This document shows positions 11,243 to 23,000 of a stretch of DNA of 64,000 nt, one piece after another. The notes under the pieces were generated by a model. That model saw nothing but the letters and a program-made list of their open reading frames with translations. It was not told the origin of the DNA and made no database searches. Source of the DNA: a virus (lineage: Duplodnaviria; Caudoviricetes); the IMG/VR virus record IMGVR_UViG_3300047539_000078, positions 78,019 through 142,018 of that record, one strand, 5' to 3'. Every line of letters starts with the position of its first letter. Position 1 is the stretch's first letter. The translations under genes were made by a program, and so were the position numbers.

Positions 11243-11643
11243 ACCCCCTGTTCGATTACGAATACGTCTGCTTCATGTTCTCCGGCCTGCGGGGTTGGGT
11301 GCCGCTCACGGCCCAGCATGAAATCACGCCGGAGAATCCGGTCACGTTCGTCCATGACGATTCCCGTCAAACCGCGATTTTCCGTGTGGATCATGTCGGC
11401 AACTTCTGGATGGACATCCATGATGAACAAGGCAACAGCTACAGCAAGATCGTGGAGTGCTCGCAGGAATACATGGAGAGCGAGTTCGGAAGCAAAATGC
11501 AAATCATCGAGATAACGCCGCCATTGCCTGAAGAGGCTGAAGTCTCCGACGCTACGGGGCCATTCACGCGGATCAGCAAGACCAAATGGGCGAGGGGCAA
11601 TCATGTCACAACAGGCGTTGGACGGCGTAATCCAAAAAATTGA
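11239..11643 (+). CDS. Hypothetical protein
   Basis: ATGA-coupled start at 11239; 3' end uncertain. Confidence 0.5.
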   Translation: MNPLFDYEYVCFMFSGLRGWVPLTAQHEITPENPVTFVHDDSRQTAIFRVDHVGNFWMDIHDEQGNSYSKIVECSQEYMESEFGSKMQIIEITPPLPEEAEVSDATGPFTRISKTKWARGNHVTTGVGRRNPKN

Positions 11644-12239
11644 CATAATCTGGGAGAATGTCGCAAAAATAGTCGTAGACCGCGATGAAAAAGAGCGTAG
11701 ATTGCGGCAAATAAAGGACTTGGCTCTATAATGTGGTGAATAATCCGCGGGATAGGGACGCCGTGGGCCTTGCAAAGCAAATCCTGAGCCTCATACCCTA
11801 GCGTTTCATCCCCAAGCGCTTCTTGAGCCGTTTCTGCGCAATCATCGGGGGTTTTAATGTCACTGCTGGCATCCTTCCGATCTTGGCCACGCAGGGCAAT
11901 CGCGTTCTGATCCGTCTGTGCGGTATCCGCCCGCAAGTGTATGGCTTGATTGCGCGAATCATGGCGATCCTCGCCGCGCATAGCAACTTCCTTTTGATCC
12001 TCATGCACCGTGCGCCATGTGGCAAATCCTTGGATGGCGATCATCGCCCCGGCGTATTCCTTGGTGAGTATTCCGTGTTTGGCGAGCCAGAATGCGGATG
12101 TTGCGAAGAACCCCGCAAGGACGAAGTTCCGCCCACCGGCCCATCCCCAAAATCGTACAGAGAGAATGATCGTCAGTTTGTTCCACATCGCTTTAAGCAT
12201 ATTAGTCAGATACTCCCTCGGATTCCAAGGACTCCGCAT
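11601..12239 (-). CDS. Small membrane protein, holin-like
   Basis: Two hydrophobic segments (NFVLAGFFATSAFWLA; YAGAMIAIQGFATW) followed by a charged tail; true end may be ~11800. Confidence 0.4.
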   Translation of the reverse strand: MRSPWNPREYLTNMLKAMWNKLTIILSVRFWGWAGGRNFVLAGFFATSAFWLAKHGILTKEYAGAMIAIQGFATWRTVHEDQKEVAMRGEDRHDSRNQAIHLRADTAQTDQNAIALRGQDRKDASSDIKTPDDCAETAQEALGDETLGYEAQDLLCKAHGVPIPRIIHHIIEPSPLFAAIYALFHRGLRLFLRHSPRLCQFFGLRRPTPVVT

Positions 12240-12244
12240 CGTCC

Positions 12245-14003
12245 TCATACTCGACCGGGGTATTGGCTGAGCGGCTTCGGCGGGGAACGGAATGAGTCGT
12301 TGATGTGGTCAATAGACGCACTCTTGTCGTAGCCACCGAAACCGTTGTAGGGGTCCTTCATCTTGACCGCGAAGTTCATCTCCCGCAGGGGTTCGTTGTC
12401 GTAGTAGTCGTTATTTCCGCCCTCGTCTTCTTCAACGTTGATGGCGATTTCGGCGGCGCGGCTGGTTTGGAGGACCACGTGCACCTTGCCTTCCCACGCG
12501 AACTTGTTGCCCCCACTTGCGTCGAACCGGACGAAGGTGTTCTCGTCTTCATCCGTGGCGTTCTCGACGGCGGTCGTGAGGTACTTGTTGACCTCGTTGC
12601 TGGTCCCGGACTCCAATCCGTACTGGTAGGCCGTGTCGAGGGTTCCGTATACATCGGTGTTGACCCCCGCGTCACCCTCAAGATAGCCGAGGAAATCCTT
12701 CACGTCGCCGACCACGTTCGGTTCCCACGTGAACTCATCCGTCCCGCCTTCCTTCTCGATGAAATCCTTCAACTCGTCGGGGTATGTTTGTTCCAGCGTC
12801 AACCCGATGTTATGGACGGTTTCCGGCTTGACATCGTCGAGCAGGTCGATCATGTCGCTCTTGCTCACGCCTTCCGTGCTGCTGGAATCGCTGTAGTCGT
12901 TTCCCTCGTCCTGTTTTTTGGCCCACTTCGCGGTGTCGTCCCCCCAATCGTCCACCAGTTCGCCCCAATCTCTGTACGTGGCGAGTATCAGTCCGTCCGA
13001 TACCCAGTTATCTTCCTTGGAGCCGAGAAGGGCGCAGATCTTTTTCTTGGCGATGGCGTCTAGCTTCGCGCCGAGGGTGACTCTATTCAAATGGAATACC
13101 CCCGTTCGCGTCAGATACATCTTGAGCGGCATCAGGGCTGGCTTGGTCTCGTAGATGTCGTTCTGTTCCGTCTCGGACAGATCTGATACGCTGAAGTTGT
13201 GGGACGGCATGTACCCGCCGCCGGTGATGCCTTCGATTCTCGGGTCCTTCAGGAGCGAGATGATGTACGGGTGGTAGCGTGCTGCCGGTTTCTCGTTCCC
13301 GCGTCCCTTCATCTCGCCCAACTGCTTGCTCTTCTGGTCGTAGATGAACGTGAGGTTCGGTTCCCAGTACGCCTTGTCCCCCTTCTTACGGGGCTCGCGC
13401 AGGCTGATGATGCGGTCGCCTGTGACCTGTCCCTGGTTGCCGCAATGCCCCATCGCCTTCGCCTCGGCGGGGCAGTAGCCTCGTGGCAAGCAGCCACCAC
13501 GCCCAGCCGTTGTCGAACTTGATGAAGATTTCGTCGCCTTCCTGCGGCTCAAGCATGCGTTTGCTTTCGTCGGCCTTCGCGAGCATGGCGTCTTCAAGCT
13601 CGCCGAACTCCCGGAGGAGTTCCTCCGGCGTCTGAAACTGGAATCTCTTGGACTGGATGTTCACGTCCTCCAACGCGAGGTAGTGCAGGAGCTTCCGCTT
13701 GAGCGGGGGCCAGATCGCCGTCAAATCGGAGGTGGGCTTGCCGGATTTCTGGGCGTATTCCTTTCTCGCATTGTCGAACGACCCTGCGGGGACGACCTTG
13801 ACATCCTCGGCTTGCTTGATCAGATCAAGGCGCACCCAGCGCAGGTACCACGTGATGCGGTCGGCCTTTTCGAGATGCTCCTTCGCCCATGCGACTTCCT
13901 TCTTGGCCATCGCTTCCCACGCGCCGGTCTGATTCGTGGCGGTGATGGACTTCAGGAACGACTTGAACATCTCCATGTAGTCGACGGCCAGGATGAGCAG
14001 CGG
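12245..14003 (-). other. Polyprotein C-terminal module: PcfJ-like domain plus acidic tail
   Basis: EAKAMGHCG, IISLR, EMKGRGNEKP. Confidence 0.65.
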
Positions 14004-17000
14004 CGACGCGAGCTTCATGTCGGCCATCTTGCGGATGGCCGAACGGTCCCATATCTGGTACTGCTCCGGGCTCAGGTCGTCCTCCTCGGTCCAGAAAGCC
14101 CCCTTGTAGCCCTGCTTCTGCAGGATGTCCGCCGCCGTGCGCTGCAGCATTTCGAAGTAGAAATCCTCGCCCCCGAACCCCTGGTAGTCGGCTGCCTCGG
14201 CGATTGTTTGCGGATCGTCCGTCAACCCCTGTATATAGGTGTCCTCGGGGAACGCCTCCTTGATTTCCTTCACCACCCGCAACACGTTTTGGCGTATGTC
14301 CTTGGGGATGGGATCGTCCCAGTGTCCGGTTTCGTGCAGGAGATCGTATGTGCTCGTGCCGTGGTATATGAAGTCGTCGTCTATCTGCGCATTCGTCTTG
14401 ACGGGGCCGTAATCGGCATAGCCCGTCCCTGCGGGACCGTAGAAGAAGCCCTCCGTATGCTCGGGTTCGGAGTGGCGCTCCACGTCCACCCATTCCGCGA
14501 CCTTGGAAGACTGGTGCCGTAGGCTGTCGGATTCCAGCCAATCCACGGTCTCCTCGACGCTCGTGAACTCCACGTTCCCCACGCCCCCGTTGCGCGTCCA
14601 CTCGATTATGACCCCATCGGTCGGATGCTCCATGATGTAGTCACGCATCTTCGCCTTGGAGCCGGAGTCCAGCGTCCCCACCTGGAAATTGGTGGAAGGC
14701 ACTGTCTTGTTGGCGACGCGCCAAGACCCCCACACGTTGAAGCGGATCGCCCCCTTGTCGAGCGCCTGTCTGACCAGCTTGACGGGGTCGTAGAAGACGG
14801 AACTGGATTCCGCGAGTCCCAGGCGCTGCGCCAGCAGGTTGTGCTCGTCGTGCACATTCTTGCAGTATTCCACGCTGCCATCCGGCATGATGAATCCGCC
14901 GTTGCGCCAGTTGCGACCGGCCTCCGTGAGAAGGTTCTCATTGACGGCTTCCTTTGCGCTGGCGGCCTTGGTTTGCTCGCCCATTTCGACCGCGTAGCCG
15001 AATCTCTCGTTCCACTGGGTCCAGAAGTCCTCGGGCAGCTTGCCGTAATGAACGACCATGCGAACCACGGTCTTGCCCTCGGCGTTCTTGTATACGTACT
15101 GGCGTCCGTCGCGGATTTCCACGACCGCCACGATGTGGTTGGAACCGGAGTATCCGATGGGGGTCGTCACGCGGGCCGTTGCACGGTAGCCCTTCTGCTC
15201 GTACGCCAGCGGGCGCATAGTGCGCGTGATCTGTTCTGCATGCTTGCGGAAGTCCGCTTCGCCTTGGGCCACGGACGGGAACAGCGTGTCCTTGGGCGGC
15301 GTCTCATCCCACTTGCCGTTGAACACTTCCGTGTACGACTTTCTTACATCGTAATCCTTCATGCCCTTGGCGAAGTGTGCGGCCAAGCGCCCGAGTGCAG
15401 GGAGCCATGTGTCGGTGACGAGCTGCTCCAAGCGGGCACGCAGGTCGGCGTGCATCTCCTTCTCCTGTTCCTTGAACTTGTAGTCGAACATTTCCATGGC
15501 GTGCTTGATGTAGTTCTTCTTGTATTCGGCCGCATTGGACTGCCAGCTCGCACTCACGCCAGGCTGGGTTGCGGCGATATAGACTATCGTGACGTGGTAC
15601 TGGCTGTCGCTGATGTGCTGGATCGGGGCTCCCAATGAACTCACGATGCTGTCCTCGTCGAGGAAGAACGTCTGCGGTTGGAGTTCCGCCACGACGACGA
15701 GCTTGCGGCCAGTCCCGTTCTGCCCGTTGTCGTCGCGGACGCTGCCGGTCGCGGTCATGAGGTTCTGCGTGACGTAGATGCCGCCGTAGGCTTCACGGCT
15801 AGGCGTGTGGATACCGGCATTCGGGTCGCTGTCCCAGTTCTTCTTCTTCCCCTCGGGAACGAGCCCCTCCGCTATGATGGAACGCAGGTTCTTGATGCTG
15901 GTCCCGTGATACCAGATGCCGCGCTTGGCGCTGAACTTCTCGATGTCGGCTTCGGGAGTGAGCTGTTCGGGTGTGGGGTTCCCGTTTATGCCCTTCCACA
16001 TGTAAATGTCGGACTCTTCGTCCTCATCCCCGTTTTCATTGGCTTCATAGGTGTAGTCGAAGCCCATCTTCTCCCAGAAGCCTGCGGAGTTACCGTCACC
16101 GGTGTCGCCCGCGACCAGGCGCAGGAGCTTGATGGTTTCGGGGATGGACGCCTCAAATTCCGTCCATGCCGTGCGACCGCCGCCCTTGCCGCGATCCTCG
16201 GGCTTGAGTTCGAACATGTCGATCCAAAGCGAACTGCCTTCCTGGTGGAATTCAAGTTTGCCTTTAAGACCCGCTGTCTTGGACGATTCCCGCCACTTGC
16301 GAACATCCGTCTTGACGGGCTCTTCCCCGGTTACCATCCAGCGGATGGCTTCGTCGGGCGTGAGCTTGTCAATGTAGTTCTGCGGATTGAAAAATTCAAT
16401 GCTGCAATGAATTATAGTCGCTTTGTACTTTCTTATGGTATTTGCTATGAGTTTGCGGGTTTCCGGCGTATCGTTCATCACGGTGAAGTCGGGATTCGTG
16501 GAACCCTGGACGCGGATATTGCCCGCACGTGCAGCTTCCGATACGACATCCGTTCCTTCAAACTCGCCGTCTTCGTCCACATCATCGTAATCTACGTCTA
16601 CCAGGCCATACCGCACGGCTACTTGCCAGTGCTGTTCACCGTTGCATGGGATGAATTTTCCGTTTGACGCCGCGATCCACCCCGCCGAAAGAAGTCCGGC
16701 GGCGTCCTTGAATAGCGAGGATTGGAGATTCAGGCCGGACGCGCTCGGCGGTTGGTCAGTCGTCTTAGCCTTATCACGCTCCCGCCACTTCGCAACAAGG
16801 TCAGCCTCCTCCTGCCGTTCCGCAATGAACTTAGGATCGGCTGGAGGCAGCTCCGTCGGGGCAGAATTCCAAAGCTCCTGCAGCTTGGCTTTTTTGTCAT
16901 CGTCCTGGGGGATGGTCCACTTGTCCCCGATCATGGACCCGTTCAGGAATACGGGGTCGGTCGTCTGGGTCATGCGAACGTTGGGATCGGGTGACTTTGA

Positions 17001-20000
17001 CTTATTCCACAGCCACCGGCTTACGCCCTTCCCTCCGATGCGGGTGGCCACGGCGAAGTATAGCTTGCCGCTCGGGAACTTACACAATGCGATCCAGTAC
17101 GGCTTCACTGGGGATTTATCTTGGACATACGATTCATCGGAATGCTCGGTGACAAAGTCCCCCCCGTACTTGGCGTTGTACTTGTCGGCATACAGTTTCC
17201 AACTGGGGCCATGCCCCGTTCCCTTCTGATTGCGGACGAACATCTTGTAGCCGACCGTCCCCATCCCTTCATAGCGCTGGAGTTCTTTAATGCCGTTGAC
17301 GAGCGAATCGGCATGGTGGCAAAGTTCATGGGCCAGGACGCGGCGCAGCGTGTTTTCATCGCCCACTATGGATTTTTGAACGTCTATGCGGGTGTTCGCA
17401 CCCCAGGACAACTGGTTGTTTTTGATTGCTATGCGCCAAGTGTCCTGTCCCCACCAGTTCGAACGCTGTTGGTTGACGATCTTGAGTTCCGGCTCCGGAA
17501 GTTCTTCCCCCAGAATCGGGAAAAGCTCCCGCATCACACGCTGCACTTGCGCCAGTTCTGATTGTGTTGCTGCAAGATGGGCCGTGTTCGTCTTCACCAC
17601 TTGGATTTGGCCGGAATCGAAGACGGCGTAGGATATGCCGCCGAATTCCCCCTCGCCTTCGTCGCAAACCACGCCGTCGTATCCCAGATGGCGGATTGCA
17701 TCCACGAACTTCTTGTCGTCCAGCAGCTTCCACTCCTGCCCTTGCTCGTCCACCCGCAGTTTATTGGCGTCTATGCCGTAGTTCTGCCACGGGAAATCAG
17801 GCAGAAGATTGTCGCGCAGTTCTTCCAGCAGCGTGTAGCGTGTCTTGCCCCCGTCGAACGGAAGGTCAGGTTGGCTCACATCGGCGTCGATCCACGATGC
17901 ATCACGGAAATCCAACGGGTTGTCGATGGTGATGTAGCACTGCTTGACGTAGCGCTTGTCCCCGTGCTGCTTGGTGCGGTTCTCCGCCCAGTTCCAAGCC
18001 ACCTGCGAGTCGGGGGTGAAGAAGTAGGCGTGCGTCTTAACCGTGTAAGAGATGCCGAAGAGCCCATGGGTCCGGTTCGCCACTTCCTGCGGGGCGAATT
18101 CCTCGAACATGTTGGGCGTGCCGTGGAATACGGGTCCGATTCGATTCGCCTTCTTGAACAGCTTGCCTACGCGAGTCGAACCGAATGTGCGCTTCGGATT
18201 ATCCCAAAAATTTTGGGCATCATTGGAGTGAGGCAATGAGGGTGCGATCTTCTTGCCGAGCAGCTTTTCGGCTGCGGAATACAATACGGACCCAATCCCC
18301 TGGCGGCGATGATTAGGTTCGACTTCAATGGCTCCCTCTATTTTATCTTCATACTTGGTGTGAGGACCCCCGAACGCACTTCCAACTACGCGGTCATCAT
18401 TGTCCACTACCCAAAAATTCCAATAGCCTTCTTCGGTGGATTGGAATGCATAAACACCGTACTCCTTAAAAGTGTCGACCTTTTTGGCTTGGGCTTTGTA
18501 GGTGTCCAGCCACATTTCGGTGAAACGTTCCCATCTTTCAGGGTCGTTTGACGGTCTGTTTTTATATTCAGCTAGCTTGCCCGTGCGAGTCACGCCGAGG
18601 TCGTAGGTTCCATCGACAGCCTCGCCGCCTTCCTCCACCAGCTTTTCGATCGAGGGCAGGCTCAATCCGAATCCACCGCCTCGACGGTCGGGCTGGTTCG
18701 CCCACCCGTTGGAGCCTTCCGGGTATTCCGTATAGCGGCGCGAATCGAGTTGCGGGCTGTCGGCGGTTTTCGTAACTCTAGACGGCTTTTCCAGACTGAA
18801 ATCGATATCCTCACCCTTTCTCACTAGTTTCTTAGTAAACGAACGTCCTTGGTATTCCATTTTTTTGTACATCCCAACCGTAGCGTCGAATTGAACGTTA
18901 TCCCCTAAGGAAAGACCTGCGGACCAGCCTCCTCCGGCAATCCACACATGGTCGGCGACTTCAGAACCGTTTTGCTTCAAATTTTCCATGCAAATGTAAC
19001 CCTTTCGCCCCATTGAACCCACAGTCCCAGTGAATGTCTTGCGTTCGTCTAAGAACTCCGCTAGTCGGTCGCGGGTTGAACTCTTCAGCAGCCAATGACC
19101 GACCTTGCTGCCGAGCACCCAATCGCCCTTGGGGGCGTACGAGGACTTGTCCCCGTGGAGCTGGTGATGCAGTTGTATGAACCACTCTGAGCGGAAATCG
19201 GAATGGGCGTCCACGAAATCGCTTCCGTACTTCCCGTTGAACTTCTGCGCGAAGTAAATCCACGGCCCCATGTGGGAGTCGTTGAACACCTGGGTCCGGT
19301 CGAACAGAGCCTTGTCGGGCTCCTTGCGCTCCGCCACACGCTTCATGTAGTCCATATAGGTCGCATAGTGGCATATCTCGTGAGCGAGCACGCGGCGGAA
19401 CAGATCTTCAGAGAGTGTGCATGCCTTCTCGACCGTGATCCATACATTGAGCTTGCTCGTCGTGCCGTTTATGTGGCATACCCCCATCGCTTTGGGGGAC
19501 AGGTTGTCTACGATCACGACACGGGGACGCTCGCTAACATCGGGGATCACGGACATCAGTTCCGCGACGATGGCATCGACATTCACGTCGGCTGTACTGG
19601 CTGCCACCTTGCCCGTGTTCTCCAGCCAATCGGTGACCTCAGGGACGCTGTTGAATTCCTCATATCCGCCTTTCCATTCTACGATGATGAAATCGATCTT
19701 GACGGGATCGGCGAAAAGGAATTCGGAAATCTCTCGCTTGACGGTCGAATTCAGGCGGGTGACCTCGATGTAGACCCCCGACTTCGCCCCGTAATCAGGG
19801 ACGATGCGGACGGCACCCTTGGTGAGGGCATCCGTCTCGCTCTTAAAGCCCAGTCTCAAAGCGAGATTGCCGTGAGTCTCGTTCTGGCGGGCATAGTATT
19901 CACCGTCTACGATCCAGCCCCCATCGCTGAAGATGGTGAACTCCTCATCTTTGGCGTAGGGTTCGGTGGGCACGTTGCGCATGTCCCATCCGCCCGTCTT

Positions 20001-23000
20001 GTCAAGCCACAGCCGAAATCCTTGAAACGCTCCTGGATGTTCAAGTCGACGATTTCTACTAACCCGGCGCTGCGTGTCCGTCTTGTCGAGCCACAGCCCA
20101 ATGGCGTGTCCGGTTTTTTGATCCCAGAACTCCTCCGCACCGGAACTGCTTCTGATGGATTCGTAGCCGAGGGACGCGAGGATGCCGCGAGATTCGTCGA
20201 AGTCGGACTGGTCGTCTGCCACGATGTCCGTACCGGCGCTCGCCGCCTTCTGGATGTACGGAACTTCCTTCATCACTTCCCGCCCTTCATAGATCAGCGG
20301 TTCCGCCCCCACGTTGTATCCTAGGAGGCGCAGCACCTTCATGTATTTGTTCGTCTTGTCGGGGCTTTGCGATACCGCATGCAGCTTGCCGTATGTGTCC
20401 AGCCACCCGTCGATCACCTGCTTGATGCCGTTCACGGTCTTGCGCCCATCGGCGGGCATCTCCGTCAGCGGCTGCGTATTCATGTGCTGGCTCTTGTCGG
20501 CCATGTTGAAGCCGCGACGCTGGATGCCGATCTGGAAGAAGTCCGGGATGAGTTCGGTGCCCATCAGGACGAGTTCATAGTCCCCGACTTCCGCCTCGTC
20601 AATGATGTAGCTGCCCGTCAGCTCTTCTATTTCGTCCCGGTTCTCCGGCGTGAGCGCTGCGGTCTTTCCGGCGAGCCCGTTCAGCGTGCGGGTGCCGCCT
20701 TCCACAAACCATCCCGCGAGGTCGCTGCGCGGGTGGACGAGGTTGAGGATGCGGTCGATGATCTGGAGCTTGTCCTCGGCTGTCTTGGCCTCCCGGAGAT
20801 TCAACGCCTCGTTTGAAAGGGCATTTGCCGCGTAGTCGCTGATTCTCCAGGACCCGTGCTCGTCATCGAAGAAAGACTCGTTGATTTCAAAGTAGTTTTC
20901 GGGAAGCCCCTCTTCAGTCAAATCAGTAGCGGTCAATTGGGCTCTCCGCATAGTCAAGCGGGTTGTTCATGCGTGTGCCCGGTCAGGATGTTGTTCACTT
21001 CGATCTTGTGGATGTTCGTGACGATGATGTCGGCAATCTTGTTGATGCCAGCCTCGTCCCGCACGAATCCGAGCTTCGCGTAGTCATTCCAGATTTTCTT
21101 CAGGCGTCCTGCGGGGACGAGCGTCCATTGCTGGCGGTATGCCTTGTCATTCAAATGGGCGGCGTACTCGCTCAACAGGGCGCTTGGGCGACCTATGTCA
21201 TGACCTTCTACGTGAGAGTACACCGTGTCTTCGGACGCGGCGGTCTTCGGCTTGACCATCCGCACCTGGTTCGGCTTGAACACGATGGCGTCGAAGGTCC
21301 CGTCCTTCTCGGGCAGGATCACGCCGTCGTAGTCCCGCTTGAGTTCCCCGAGGGAGTACTTCTCGTACTCCGCCCACCCGGCGGGGTTCTTTATGTTCAC
21401 GTACATCCCGAGGATGTGCTTCGCGCCGGAAGCGCCCGACTCCCCCCGCTCGATCTTGGAACGGTCGGAGGTGACCCAGAACACGCCCTGCGCCCCCTTG
21501 CCCATGTTCACGCGGGAGAACTGCTCGTTCGTCCCGTGGTAGCAGACGAGCGGCTTCCCTGCGGCGTCGACGACCTTGGAACCGGCGAACCAGGCATCGA
21601 GCGGCTGCGAGGCGAACACGGTTTGTTTTATGGTCTGTATGGCGTCGGGCGGGATATCGCCCAAGTACGCCGCCTGGCAGACGTATTTCATGCTGACCTG
21701 CCACGGACACAGCGCCCAGTTGTCCCCGCATTCGTTGCGGATGCTGGCCGGAACCTCTTGCCACATATCGGGAAGCTCGTAGTCATCAGGACGCAGGCGG
21801 TCTTTGTTCAGCTTCGAGAGGTCGATGCGGAGGACAACCCAATCCTTGTCAGCAACACCCCACATACCGGCATAATTCCGCGCCGTGTACTCGTCGCAGG
21901 CGATATAGATGGCCTTTCCCCACTCGACATGGGACTCAGACATATCAGACTTGAGGCCGTTTTTCAGGATATCACCCAAATTGGCTCTATCGGTTCCGTG
22001 ATAGCCGAACTTCGGCTCCTTGGCGGCGGAGGTCATGGACATGCCGGAGTTTTCCAGCCAGTCCACGCACTCCTGGCTGCCGTCGAATGACTCGGTCTCG
22101 CCAATCGCAACAGCATCAATGAAAATCTTGTACTCCGAGGGATGCGTGATCAGGTGGTCCTTCACCAATTGGCGAGTGTTGCCCGCACCCAGATCGTACA
22201 CCTCGATGCTGACTTCCTTGTTGTAGAAGGACACCCGAACTGCACCCGTTTCCAGGCATAGGCGACCGCAGAAGTGTAGTCGCTTTTCGGCGCTAATCCA
22301 AGTCGAGTCGCAGCCCGTCCATGGTCTTCGTTATACTCCAGAGGCAGCTCCTTGCCGTCTGCGGTGATCCAAAGTCCACGGACCCAACCGGCGGCGGTCT
22401 TCGGCTTCCCCATCAAGCTGTGCAGCTTGGCGTTGTCGTTTTTCAGGAGTTCCACGAGGCCGGGATGGAACGACCCCGGCTCGGTTTCCATTTTTTCGAG
22501 GACTTCTTCCAAAGGCATCCATTCGAGGGCATCCGTTTCCCACTCATGGGCATCCCCCGGGTTATATGCGAATTCGGCACCGACCACCCCGATGAAGTTG
22601 TGGTACTTGAACCCGCCGTCCGTGAAGACGTGCGCGGGAATGAGGTTGATGCCGCCACGGTACCCGGTCTCCTCGCCGAGTTCATTCTTGGCGCTCTGTT
22701 CCGGGGACATTCCCGATTTGACGGCACCGCCTATGGTGCCCCAGCAATCGCCTTGGTGAACCGCGTTGCTGCGCCACGCGAGACATACCGTACCTTTTGA
22801 CGGGCAGACTGGCAGGATGCCGGACGCCGCATCCCCCTCCCCGGCCCACTGGCCTTCCTCGATGTACCCTTCGGCGGCTGTCTTGCGGTCCCGGACGGCT
22901 TCCTTCGCCTTTAAATTGCCGCTCAAGACAAACCACTCGCCCTGCATCCCTGAGTAATGGCTTTCGCCTGGCCGGGCACGCATCCGCCAAGTCACTATGT

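Noticed and set aside
11640-11800. AT-rich stretch with TTGACA and TATAAT as a promoter or RNA gene
   Set aside because: The two hexamers are ~80 nt apart; the region reads better as a small + gene from ATG 11603
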